A stretch of DNA of 59,568 nucleotides, the filler included. It is 3 parts of 3 records of this genome, joined end to end, with 100 filler letters (N's around TTAATTAATTAA, not from the genome) between each part and the next. Parts side by side here need not be neighbours in the genome. Positions count along the whole stretch, not along the records: positions 1 to 25,978 come from DRR723986_18377; positions 26,079 to 46,894 come from DRR723986_18378; 1 more part is not named here. One strand, written 5' to 3'. Made by a program: the position numbers and the translations under genes. This document shows, piece by piece, positions 18,724 through 28,071 of the stretch. The first letter of the stretch is position 1. The number at the start of each line of letters is the position of its first letter. The notes under the pieces are model-generated. The model worked only from the letters and a program-made list of their open reading frames with translations, was not told the origin of the DNA and searched no databases.

Positions 18724-20172
18724 ATGTTAAAACAGACGCTAAGCCATAAACTACTTCAAAAGTTATCTCCTCAGCAAATTCAATTGATGAAATTATTGCA
18801 GGTTCCTACAATGGAGCTTGAAGCAAGAATTAAAGAAGAAATTGAAGAAAACCCTGCTTTAGAAGAGGGTGCAGAGGAACGAGAAGAATATGAAGATGAT
18901 TATGCAGATGAAGGAGAAGTGTCTGAAGCACAAGAAGATTTTGACATCAACGATTATTTAGATGATGATTTACCGCAATACAAAACTTCTGTTTCTAATC
19001 ACAGCGCTGATGATGATGAAAAATCGGTTCCCATTTCTGGTGGTACATCTTTTCACGATATATTAAAGTCGCAATTAGGTCTCAGAAAAATGACTGATAA
19101 AGAGCGGGCAATTGCCGATAACATTATAGGGAATATTGATGATGATGGATATTTGCGTAGAGAAATCGAAGCAATTGTTGATGATTTAGCATTTACTGCA
19201 AATGTAATGGCTACTGAAGAAGAGGTTGAAGATGTCCTTTTTCTAGTTCAAGATTTTGAACCTGCAGGGGTTGGTGCTAGAGACTTAAGAGAATGTTTAT
19301 TGTTGCAATTAGAGCGAAGACATCATGGTGATATTGCCATCTACACTGCCAAAAAAATTGTTGAAAAGAGTTTTGAAGAGTTTTCTAAAAAGCACTTTGA
19401 CAAAATCAAATCTAAATTTGAAATATCTGATGAAGATCTAAAAGAGGCAATTGAAGAAATCGTTAAGCTGAATCCGAAACCAGGAAATTCGTTGAAAGAA
19501 TCTACCAATTCTAAAAACATTCAACAAATTATTCCAGACTTTATTCTAACTGAAGATGAAGGGGAGTTAAACCTGTCATTAAACAGTAGAAACGCACCAA
19601 AACTCAAGGTCAGCAAATCCTATGAAACCATGTTGCGCAACTATGCGGATGGTGCAAAAAGTTCTAAATCTGATAAAGAGGCTTTGACTTTCGTCAAGCA
19701 AAAACTAGACTCAGCAAAATGGTTTATTGATGCCATTTATCAACGACAGCAAACCTTGATGTTCACCATGAAAGCAATTTTAGAATATCAAGAAGAATAT
19801 TTTAGAACGGGTGACGAAACCAATTTACGTCCAATGATCCTTAAAGATATTGCTGACATTGTAGAGATGGATATTTCAACTATTTCAAGGGTAGCTAACA
19901 GTAAGTACATTCAAACTCCCTACGGTATAATGTCTTTGAAGTATTTCTTTTCTGAATCCTTATCTACTTCATCTGGTGAAGAGGTTTCAACAAGAGAAGT
20001 GAAGAAAATCTTAGAAGACGCCATTGACGCTGAAGAGAAGAGAAAACCTTTGACAGATCAAAAATTGACAGACCTCCTAAAAGAAAAAGGCTACAATATT
20101 GCTCGAAGAACAGTAGCAAAATACCGCGAACAGTTGAATATTCCAGTCGCTCGATTAAGAAAAGAACTTTAA
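18724..20172 (+). CDS. rpoN: RNA polymerase sigma-54 factor
   Basis: QKLSPQQIQ activator-interacting region and RpoN box ARRTVAKYRE. Confidence 0.98.
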   Translation: MLKQTLSHKLLQKLSPQQIQLMKLLQVPTMELEARIKEEIEENPALEEGAEEREEYEDDYADEGEVSEAQEDFDINDYLDDDLPQYKTSVSNHSADDDEKSVPISGGTSFHDILKSQLGLRKMTDKERAIADNIIGNIDDDGYLRREIEAIVDDLAFTANVMATEEEVEDVLFLVQDFEPAGVGARDLRECLLLQLERRHHGDIAIYTAKKIVEKSFEEFSKKHFDKIKSKFEISDEDLKEAIEEIVKLNPKPGNSLKESTNSKNIQQIIPDFILTEDEGELNLSLNSRNAPKLKVSKSYETMLRNYADGAKSSKSDKEALTFVKQKLDSAKWFIDAIYQRQQTLMFTMKAILEYQEEYFRTGDETNLRPMILKDIADIVEMDISTISRVANSKYIQTPYGIMSLKYFFSESLSTSSGEEVSTREVKKILEDAIDAEEKRKPLTDQKLTDLLKEKGYNIARRTVAKYREQLNIPVARLRKEL

Positions 20173-20180
20173 GTCGAGCT

Positions 20181-20834
20181 ATGAAGTTGTTTTTCACAGG
20201 AATTTCTTATTTGTTCCACCCTTTTATCATTCCTATGCTGGGCTTGTTCATTTTATTTCAAGCTCCAACCCTACCGAATAGTTTGTATATCTATGATGCC
20301 ATCTATTTTTTTCCAGGTCCCGTTAAACAAGACTTATTTATCATATTAGGCATTTTAACTTTTGCTGCGCCAGCTTTAAGCATGCTCATTATGTATTGGA
20401 ACAAAATGATAAAAAGCTTGGAACTTGAAAAAAAGGAAGAGCGCATTTACCCTTTTATTTTAGTCACCTTTTATTATGTTTTGGCTTATTTGTTTCTTCG
20501 GTTCAGACTGCAAGATGAATTACAGCATCCAGCAATGATGAGTTTTTTATTTGGAATTATCCTCACGTTTATCGTTTCATTCATTTTAAATTTTTTCATC
20601 AAACTTAGTTTACATTCGGCTGCAATTTTTGGAATAGCCGGATTAGTGTTGGCTTATAATCAATCTCAAATTGAAAGTAACCTCTACATTGTATTATTAC
20701 TCATCTTATTAGGAGGATTTGTTGGGGCATCACGAATGTTTCTAGGCGCTCACAATTTGAAAGAAACAGTTTTAGGAATGACTGTAGGCTTTACGGTTGT
20801 TTATTTAAGTGTAGCAAATAGCTGGTATTTCTAG
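20181..20834 (+). CDS. Multi-pass membrane protein, PAP2-like C-terminus
   Basis: SYLFHP, KLSLHS and ASRMFLGAHN motifs with several TM helices. Confidence 0.75.
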   Translation: MKLFFTGISYLFHPFIIPMLGLFILFQAPTLPNSLYIYDAIYFFPGPVKQDLFIILGILTFAAPALSMLIMYWNKMIKSLELEKKEERIYPFILVTFYYVLAYLFLRFRLQDELQHPAMMSFLFGIILTFIVSFILNFFIKLSLHSAAIFGIAGLVLAYNQSQIESNLYIVLLLILLGGFVGASRMFLGAHNLKETVLGMTVGFTVVYLSVANSWYF

Positions 20835-20867
20835 TTTTATTGAAGCCAAAATGAGTATCTTCATTAA

Positions 20868-22496
20868 ATGCAATACGTTTCCATATATAGGCTAGCTGAA
20901 TTGTGTGATGTGAATATCGATAGACTTGATATTTTTTCAACACGGGACATTCAGTCCGCTTTAAAAAAGCTCTATGCTTCAGATGATATTGTGTTGTATG
21001 AAATTGATAATAAGAACATCACTCTTAAACAAGCAAATGACTTTTTATGGAAGGCGAATAGTTCTGATACCTTGACTTTTTGTCAATGGGTGCATGATAT
21101 TCCTGGATTAGAGTTTTATCTTGAAACCAATAAAATCAATCCTGAATTAAATTCAGAAATCCCAAATAAAGTAACCAAGGCTTTCAATTTCGCACGTTTT
21201 TCAAATTTTTTAGCAGATTATTTAGAGCCCAATTATTTGAATGATGTTGAACAAGCTATTAATGAAAGACAGTTCAACAGACTAAATTTTCTATTGAATA
21301 TGACGCCTTTACTGATGCGTCACGTGCAGTATAGTCTTGATCAATTAATCAAAACAAAATTGATTGAACTTGAACAAGATTTGAAAACTATAGAGCAGTC
21401 AGGTCAATTGGCGGATGTTTCAAAGTTTACTTTTTTGGGAACAATTGAGTTTAAAAAATTCATGGACGCTTTAAAAAAAGAGCATCATATTTCAAGATCA
21501 AATGTTTTTAACTCTTTGAATAGAGTTCTAAGTGAAGGATTCTTAAAAAATGACTTCTCGGATCAAATTGTGAGACTTCATAATTTGGAAATTCAGAAGA
21601 AGTTTGACACTCCAGAAATTAAGATTGTACAAGATGTTCCGGTAAAAAAGGCAACTAAATCAACTGGGCAACAAAACAAAACCCAAAAATCAAAACCAGC
21701 ATCAGAGCCCAGACAGGCGGTACCAAAAAAGCCTAAAACTAGAATACCAACTAAAACTGCATCTCCTAAAAAAGTTTCTCCTTTTCATTTTATAGCAATT
21801 GGTTTTGCTGTATTTGCTTTAATCTTCAAAGTCGTGAAGCATAATACTGAAAGTAGTTACGACTATGATAGTTTTGATTTTCCAGATTACAGTGATTCAG
21901 ATTTTGGGTCTGAAGACTATCTGACTGAGTACAATTGGGATGCAAATTTGGCTACGATAATAGATTATGTTGAAGAGCATGAAAATATCAGTAACAAACA
22001 GGTAAGTGCTTTGGACGATTGGTACGATAAAGAATCTGAAGAAGCTATATCAGAACCGTTTGGTGAATTCTTTTACCCATTATACAACAAGGATGGGGCT
22101 GATGGATTTAATATTATAAATAAGTCGAATTACGCAGTAATCATATTGGTGCAAGGTGCTAGTGATTGTTATTCCTACTTTGTTAAGAGTAAATCATCTT
22201 ATGAGGAGTATTTTGACCTCGAAAAAGATGATGAAATAATGTTTTACTTCGGTAAAGAATTTCAAGAAACAGAGGATTTAGATGAATCTGAAATTGCAGG
22301 ATTTCATTTTGTGGATCAAAACACTAAAATGTACTTAGATTCTGTTTATACGGTTGGATTCGGGGTCAATCCTGATCGAGATAATGAGGACGAATCTTTT
22401 GATTATGAGATAAAAATCACCGAGAAAAATGGTGAACCCGTAGTCAGTTTTGACTATTATCGCACGGTAAAAACTGAAAAGACGGATCTTTTCTAA
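20868..22496 (+). CDS. Hypothetical bitopic membrane protein
   Basis: 542 aa: helical N-domain, Lys/Pro-rich linker, one TM (FHFIAIGFAVFALIF), acidic C-domain. Confidence 0.75.
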   Translation: MQYVSIYRLAELCDVNIDRLDIFSTRDIQSALKKLYASDDIVLYEIDNKNITLKQANDFLWKANSSDTLTFCQWVHDIPGLEFYLETNKINPELNSEIPNKVTKAFNFARFSNFLADYLEPNYLNDVEQAINERQFNRLNFLLNMTPLLMRHVQYSLDQLIKTKLIELEQDLKTIEQSGQLADVSKFTFLGTIEFKKFMDALKKEHHISRSNVFNSLNRVLSEGFLKNDFSDQIVRLHNLEIQKKFDTPEIKIVQDVPVKKATKSTGQQNKTQKSKPASEPRQAVPKKPKTRIPTKTASPKKVSPFHFIAIGFAVFALIFKVVKHNTESSYDYDSFDFPDYSDSDFGSEDYLTEYNWDANLATIIDYVEEHENISNKQVSALDDWYDKESEEAISEPFGEFFYPLYNKDGADGFNIINKSNYAVIILVQGASDCYSYFVKSKSSYEEYFDLEKDDEIMFYFGKEFQETEDLDESEIAGFHFVDQNTKMYLDSVYTVGFGVNPDRDNEDESFDYEIKITEKNGEPVVSFDYYRTVKTEKTDLF

Positions 22497-22601
22497 CCAT
22501 CTGCTCTAATTGGCTGATTATCGATTAAATGAATTATTCGAACGATTCGTTTGCATCTATCAGAACTTTCTGAATATTTTTGCAGCCTAAATACTTAACA
22601 A

Positions 22602-23405
22602 ATGAGAAAATTTATTTTACCTGTAGTAGTTTCTGGTTTTATTCTAGTAGGATGTGGACTTGGGAAAAATGGGAGTGATGAGCCGGATGCCGGTATGCAG
22701 TTGTTTCCAGTATCTAAAGATATGGAGTTAGGTGCGCAAGTTGCGCATGAAATTGAAAGCAATCCAGCTGAGTATCCAATTTTGGATTCTGCCAGTAATG
22801 TGGCGGCTTACAAATACATCTACGCTATTAGAGATAAAGTATTAGCAACTGGTAAAGTTGAACATAAAGATGATTTTGCTTGGAGAATTAGAATCATTCA
22901 AGATGATGAAACCTTGAATGCTTTCTGTACCCCGGGTGGATATATCTATTTTTATACAGGTATTATTAAGTATCTAGATACCGAAGCTGAGCTGGCAGGT
23001 GTAATGGGGCATGAAATGGCGCATGCAGATTTAAGACATTCAATTCGTCAAATGCAAAAGTCAATGGGTGTTCAAATATTATTGAGTGCTGTTCTGGGAG
23101 ATTCATCAGCTTTAGGGCAAATAACCGGTGGCTTAATCGGATTGAAATTTTCAAGAACTCACGAAACAGAGGCTGACAGAAAATCGGTAGCTTACTTATG
23201 TGAAACTGATTGGCCGGCTGATGGCGGGGCAGGATTCTTTGAGAAAATTGCAGCTTCAGGATCTCAAACTCCACCTGAGTTTATGAGCACACATCCTTCT
23301 CCTGACAATAGAATCGAAAACTATCATACTTGGGCAACAGAATTGGGTTGCAAAGGCACTAAAACTTATGACGCTGAATATGAAGCCTTCAAAAGGTTGT
23401 TTTAG
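22602..23405 (+). CDS. M48 family metallopeptidase lipoprotein
   Basis: Lipobox LVGC, NAFCTPGG, HEMAH, FSRTHETEAD and STHPS. Confidence 0.93.
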   Translation: MRKFILPVVVSGFILVGCGLGKNGSDEPDAGMQLFPVSKDMELGAQVAHEIESNPAEYPILDSASNVAAYKYIYAIRDKVLATGKVEHKDDFAWRIRIIQDDETLNAFCTPGGYIYFYTGIIKYLDTEAELAGVMGHEMAHADLRHSIRQMQKSMGVQILLSAVLGDSSALGQITGGLIGLKFSRTHETEADRKSVAYLCETDWPADGGAGFFEKIAASGSQTPPEFMSTHPSPDNRIENYHTWATELGCKGTKTYDAEYEAFKRLF

Positions 23406-23430
23406 GAATTGATATAAAATAATTTAGTTT

Positions 23431-23460
23431 AAAAAGTAGTGCATTAACGCACTACTTTTT
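23431..23460. terminator. Bidirectional intrinsic terminator
   Basis: AAAAAGTAGTGC-ATTAAC-GCACTACTTTTT at the junction of convergent genes. Confidence 0.7.
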
Positions 23461-24238
23461 TTGTTGTAATTAACTGATTGTTTTGAATTATGCTGACAAG
23501 GTATATTCCTTTTGATAACTCAGTTTCAAAACGAGTGCTTCCAACTGATTGCTCTCTTTGCAGAACTTGACCAGCCATATTGGTGACTATAAATTCATAG
23601 GGCTCTTCATTTTGCGTTTCAATGTTGATTTTATTCTCGAAATCAAAAACTAAAAACATTTCTTTCACTTGTACCGCGGCGGGACCAGCGCTAATGGCTG
23701 CAATTGGTGATTCGTGATTTTTAGTATACGCTCCTGTTATGAATGCTCTATTGACGCTCATTCTGCCCTCTTGAAAGAAAGTAATGTTGGCAACTAAACG
23801 TAGATAAGTACAATTCATTTTTTCAACTCTTCCACTCACCATTTCATTATGCGCATTGTTTTGAATGGCTTTCCAATTTATACCGTCTGCAGACAAATAT
23901 GCAGTTGCATAGTTAATTTGGCAATTGGCTAGTTCTTCCAAATCAAATGAAACATTGATGTCATTAAATCCTACCATATCATCAATTTTCTTTGTAAGTT
24001 CCAGCGAACAATTTCCTGACTGATGACTGAATATCTCAAGATGCTTTTGCTCAAAATAAACGTGAGAATCGGGACTAAGCCCTTTAACATACCAACCGTT
24101 AAATCCCGACTCGCTGCCTTCTCCACAATGGAATAATGTTTTAGTTTTTGATGTTTCGGTTGACCCATCAATTTTGCTGGCATAACTACTCGAATACAGG
24201 AGGCATAATGCCATTAGGCTTAATAAATTTCTCATCAC
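23444..24238 (-). CDS. T9SS type-A sorting domain protein
   Basis: Signal peptide; C-terminal TNMAGQVL...LSKGIYLVSI...TKKVV. Confidence 0.8.
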   Translation of the reverse strand: MMRNLLSLMALCLLYSSSYASKIDGSTETSKTKTLFHCGEGSESGFNGWYVKGLSPDSHVYFEQKHLEIFSHQSGNCSLELTKKIDDMVGFNDINVSFDLEELANCQINYATAYLSADGINWKAIQNNAHNEMVSGRVEKMNCTYLRLVANITFFQEGRMSVNRAFITGAYTKNHESPIAAISAGPAAVQVKEMFLVFDFENKINIETQNEEPYEFIVTNMAGQVLQREQSVGSTRFETELSKGIYLVSIIQNNQLITTKKVVR

Positions 24239-24329
24239 TTTGGTTTTTGAATCTTTGCTCTCCTATAACCTAAAAGGTTTAGATAGGTTACAACTGTAAA
24301 TTTTAATATTAGAGTGGGATGATAAAAAA

Positions 24330-24350
24330 TTTGTGTCTATATTACGCATA
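24330..24350. promoter_or_regulatory. NrtR box 1, TTTGTGTCTATATTACGCATA
   Basis: 21-bp imperfect palindrome with GT-N7-AC core, directly before nrtR. Confidence 0.75.
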
Positions 24351-24357
24351 TTAAATT

Positions 24358-25050
24358 ATGGGTAAAACACAAAACATCAAATTAGCCGTTGACGCAGTGG
24401 TCTTTGGATATCAGAACAATCAACTTTACGTTTTATTGATCAAGCAAAAATTCGGAATTGCTAAAGGCTTATGGTCTTTGCCTGGGGGATTTGTCCTGAA
24501 TAATGAATCCTTAACGCAAGCCGTAGAAAGAGAATTACATGAAGAAGCCGGAATCAAAGTCAACTATCTTGAACAGCTTTATACGTTTGGAGATGATGTC
24601 AAAAGAGATACACGTAATCATACTGTATCCGTGGCTTATTTTGCTTTGGTCAATCCAACTAAATGGACCCTAAAGGCAGATACTGATGCCGAAGATGCAC
24701 AGTGGTTTCCAATCACAAAAATTCCGAAACTTGCTTATGATCATAACAAGATTGTGAAAGTAGGTATAGAACGATTAAAAGGTAAATTAACTTATCAGCC
24801 AATCGGTTTTGACCTGCTTGATAAAGAATTTCCTTTCTCTGATTTAGAACATTTATATACCACCATTTTGGGAAAAGAAATCGACAGAAGAAACTTCAGA
24901 AAGAAGATGTTGAGCTTTGATATCCTCCAAGAAACTAATAAAATGAAGAAAGTTGGAAGCGGACGTCCAGCCAAATTATTCACCTTTAACAAACAGAAAT
25001 ACAATGCTTTAGTGAAAGATGGCTTTCATTTTGAAATTAAGTATGTGTAA
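24358..25050 (+). CDS. nrtR: NrtR (Nudix + wHTH) transcriptional regulator
   Basis: WSLPGGFV...ERELHEEAG Nudix box, EQLYTFG, LAYDH and wHTH DRRNFRKK...GRPAKLF. Confidence 0.93.
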   Translation: MGKTQNIKLAVDAVVFGYQNNQLYVLLIKQKFGIAKGLWSLPGGFVLNNESLTQAVERELHEEAGIKVNYLEQLYTFGDDVKRDTRNHTVSVAYFALVNPTKWTLKADTDAEDAQWFPITKIPKLAYDHNKIVKVGIERLKGKLTYQPIGFDLLDKEFPFSDLEHLYTTILGKEIDRRNFRKKMLSFDILQETNKMKKVGSGRPAKLFTFNKQKYNALVKDGFHFEIKYV

Positions 25051-25062
25051 AAATTACGCAAA
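25042..25062. promoter_or_regulatory. NrtR box 2, TATGTGTAAAAATTACGCAAA
   Basis: Same GT-N7-AC 21-mer, overlapping the nrtR stop codon. Confidence 0.75.
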
Positions 25063-25093
25063 ATACTTGCTTCAAGAAATAAAAGATTGTATG

Positions 25094-25114
25094 TTTGTGT
25101 AAAAACAACGCAAA
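25094..25114. promoter_or_regulatory. NrtR box 3, TTTGTGTAAAAACAACGCAAA
   Basis: Same 21-mer, overlapping the -7 element TATGTTTG (25090-25097) and reaching the prs ATG. Confidence 0.75.
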
Positions 25115-25947
25115 TGATTTTAAACTTAACACCAAACTTCGAACCTGTAGGACCCAATTCAATTGAGTTTGAAAGTTTCCTTTTCAAAGGCGGAGAACCA
25201 CACATTAAAATCAAAACAGAATTGTCTGAAGAAGATGAGGTGACGATTACCCACCGATTAAATTCTTTCGAAGATGTTGGATTGATGCTATTGGCAATTG
25301 ATGCGCTACAAAGAATGGGAGTGGAGATCATTAACGTTTTCATACCGTATTTCCCTGCGGCTAGGCAAGATAGAGTGATGGTTCCGGGCGAGCCATTGTC
25401 GGTTAAAGTGTATGCTAAATTATTAAATAATGCGGGCGTAAATTGGGTAACGGTTTATGACGCTCACTCTGAGGTAACAGCAGCTGTATTGGATAGATGC
25501 ACCATTATACCAAATCACATTTTTATTGAAAAAGTATTGAAAGATTTAAGTGATGATACTTTACTGATTTCACCAGATGGTGGAGCACTGAAGAAGATTT
25601 ACAAGGTATCCACTTATTTAGGAGGTAGAGAAGTAGTTGAAGGATCGAAACAAAGAGATGTCAAAACAGGAAAACTGAAAGCATTCAAAGTGTATGCAGA
25701 TGATTTGGCCGGCAGAGATTGCATCATTGTAGATGACATCTGTGATGGAGGCGGAACCTTTATGGGCTTAGCGGAAGAGTTAAAGAAAAAAGGAGCTGGC
25801 AAATTGTATTTAGCAGTCAGCCACGGAATCTTTAACAGAGGATTCGAAGATTTAAGCAAAACATTTGAATCAATTTACACGACTGATTCTTTCAGAGACA
25901 TTGACGAACCAGGAGTAGTACAAATTAAATTGAAGGATATAATTTAG
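25114..25947 (+). CDS. prs: Ribose-phosphate pyrophosphokinase family protein (NAD-salvage type)
   Basis: FKGGE, PYFPAARQDR, DAHS, SPDGGA and IVDDICDGGGTF; ATG at 25114. Confidence 0.92.
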   Translation: MILNLTPNFEPVGPNSIEFESFLFKGGEPHIKIKTELSEEDEVTITHRLNSFEDVGLMLLAIDALQRMGVEIINVFIPYFPAARQDRVMVPGEPLSVKVYAKLLNNAGVNWVTVYDAHSEVTAAVLDRCTIIPNHIFIEKVLKDLSDDTLLISPDGGALKKIYKVSTYLGGREVVEGSKQRDVKTGKLKAFKVYADDLAGRDCIIVDDICDGGGTFMGLAEELKKKGAGKLYLAVSHGIFNRGFEDLSKTFESIYTTDSFRDIDEPGVVQIKLKDII

Positions 25948-25978
25948 CCTTCCCCCTTTCGCTTGCGCCGAAGCTTCA

Positions 25979-26078
25979 NNNNNNNNNNNNNNNNNNNNNN
26001 NNNNNNNNNNNNNNNNNNNNNNTTAATTAATTAANNNNNNNNNNNNNNNNNNNNNNNNNNNNNNNNNNNNNNNNNNNN
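25979..26078. other. Artificial contig linker
   Basis: N44-TTAATTAATTAA-N44 (six-frame stops); base composition changes sharply across it. Confidence 0.98.
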
Positions 26079-26080
26079 CC

Positions 26081-26713
26081 AAGCACCTGATCCGGCTTCG
26101 CCGCCTCGGCCACGACGCCAAGTTTTGCGTTGGGGATACCGTCTGCGAAATCCTGCTCAAAAACGCAAATGATGGTACGTCCGCTTTCGATATCATGGCC
26201 GGGTTGTTCCGCATCCGGTGCCTGAACTCCCTTGTCGCCCAGACCTCCACCCTCGACAGTGTGAAGGTGCGCCACAGCGGAGACGTGAGACACAAGGTGA
26301 TTGACGGCACGTTCCGCGTGATGAAGGAAGCGGAAAAGGCCCTTGCCGCGCCAGCCGATTGGAGCGGTCTGATCCTCGACCGTGACGAAAAGCAGGTGTT
26401 TGCGGAGGCTGCGCACATCGCCCGCTTCGGAGACAGTGAGGGGGAAACTACAACCCGCATTCAGCCAAGCCAGCTCTTGAACGCCCGCCGCAGGGGTGAC
26501 CGGGAAAACGACCTTTGGACCACTTTCAACGTCGTTCAGGAAAACGCCATCCGGGGCGGTCTGGAGGCGCGTTTCCGCGACGAACATGGGCGCCTTCGCC
26601 GCTCCAGTTCCCGAGCAGTGAAGGGTATCGATCAAGACGTGAAACTGAACAAAGCCCTTTGGACACTTTCTGAAAAGATGGCGGAACTGAAAGGCTTGAA
26701 AGCGACAGCCTAA
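26081..26713 (+). CDS. DUF932/DUF945 family protein (5'-truncated)
   Basis: In-frame extension KHLIRLRR...EILLKNANDGTSAFDIMAGLFRIRCLNSLV; RRGDRENDLWTTFNVVQENAIRGG; IDQDVKLNKALW. Confidence 0.88.
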   Translation, partial: KHLIRLRRLGHDAKFCVGDTVCEILLKNANDGTSAFDIMAGLFRIRCLNSLVAQTSTLDSVKVRHSGDVRHKVIDGTFRVMKEAEKALAAPADWSGLILDRDEKQVFAEAAHIARFGDSEGETTTRIQPSQLLNARRRGDRENDLWTTFNVVQENAIRGGLEARFRDEHGRLRRSSSRAVKGIDQDVKLNKALWTLSEKMAELKGLKATA

Positions 26714-26722
26714 CGCGCAAAG

Positions 26723-26761
26723 GACTGGCGGCAGGGATCTCTGTCGCCAGTCGGTATATTT
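26723..26761 (+). terminator. Hairpin after DUF932, probable terminator
   Basis: GACTGGCGGCAG-GGATCT-CTGTCGCCAGTC followed by a weak T-tract. Confidence 0.5.
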
Positions 26762-27419
26762 CGGAATTCAGGATCGGCGCCGCCGGACCAGCCCTCACGG
26801 GCCGGGCTGATCCTGGGAAGGGCTTCGCCCCTACTGAGTACGGCCAAGCCATCCAAAGCAACTCGATATGTCGGGTCTCTGGGAGCGTAGCCTTGCTCCT
26901 GCTTTGATCCCTACGGTGTCCAATTGTGACCATCCTGATTGGCTGAAATCGTGACTGCTTCCGTTAAGAGAACAGAAAAGCACCTAACACTTCGAATATC
27001 GCTTACACAATGCAAGTAGCGGCAGAGACGGCGGCGTCCCGTTAGGTTGCTGGGTCGGATTGTCGTTGTGCTGTTTGAACTTCATGATCGCGCCCAGGGT
27101 AAAACCCAGATGTCCCAGTGTCATCACATTAGCGATCGGGGGATCATCCTCACGGTGGCGAGGAATAAGGGATTTGGACCTGCCACCGAAATAGATGCTG
27201 ACGCCTGCAAGCGCATAGGCTCTGCTCGCCAAGCTTTCGCTAAGTCCTGCAGGTACCGCTGCCAACGTTGACGATAATCCTTACGTTGAAGCGAACGCGT
27301 AAAAGGTTCTCGAGTACACCTTTGGATTTGGAGATCGGTTATCCATGGGGTGGAAGCGCAGGGATTGCTTCAAACGGTAATACCTAGGCACGATTACCGC
27401 TCATTGCTCTGATTTCAGC

Positions 27420-27971
27420 TCAGGGCAAACGTTCGAGCATTTTTCTCAGCTCTTGGTTTTCCGCCCGAAGCTGCAACCTCAACATCGCCTTCAGCCGTTG
27501 ATTTTCCAGTTCCAGCACTTCCAGGTCATCGAGATCCACTGCGTCTGACTTGGAATCGACGCTGTTTGTCTGTTTTTTCTCTATTTCGTCGTCAAAACCT
27601 TTCGAAGAAGTGACTTGTACCTCAGGAGTATGATCGATCTCGTCGTGCTCCAGCTTCGCCTCAGGTTCTACAGCGGCTAGTGGAAGCGCCTGCAAAATCC
27701 GCGGTGTGGACAGCCCCTGAGGCTGCCTGTCACTCGAGAGCATAACTTTGGTTGACTGGGTGTCACCACTCTCCCTTCTGGGGATTGGTTGCGTTGACCT
27801 ATTCTCCAAGGGAAACGAGTTTCTCCTACCAGGGTGCGAAACTGGCAGGTTTGCCTCGACTTCACTGGCAAGAGCCTTGAGATCAGTATCGCCCCAGATG
27901 GATCTGTTCTGTGGTTTTGTCTGTCGCCGGCTGGATTTCAATTCAACAACGAAGTTTCGTCGCGATTTCAT
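27420..27971 (-). CDS. Hypothetical protein with SyrB-like C-terminal coiled coil
   Basis: MKSRRNFVVELKSSRR...SIWGDTDLKAL N-terminus and LELENQRLKAML...LRAENQELRKMLERL C-terminus. Confidence 0.75.
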   Translation of the reverse strand: MKSRRNFVVELKSSRRQTKPQNRSIWGDTDLKALASEVEANLPVSHPGRRNSFPLENRSTQPIPRRESGDTQSTKVMLSSDRQPQGLSTPRILQALPLAAVEPEAKLEHDEIDHTPEVQVTSSKGFDDEIEKKQTNSVDSKSDAVDLDDLEVLELENQRLKAMLRLQLRAENQELRKMLERLP

Positions 27972-28071
27972 GAAAAGATGCTTCCGAAAAAGTTGGGTAG
28001 GCCTCAGTGAGCCATGACTGAGATTTACGACCGTTCAAGCAGGTTTTCAACGCCCGAATGGATGGCCGCAG

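Noticed and set aside
25948-25978. GC-rich tail after prs
   Set aside because: Probably the start of a repeat or hairpin that broke the assembly, but too short to classify.
26023-26635. Minus-strand ORFs ending in X residues
   Set aside because: They run into the N linker and are antisense to DUF932.
25114-26713. prs/NAD genes as cargo of the conjugative element
   Set aside because: Separated by an artificial linker and from a different phylum.
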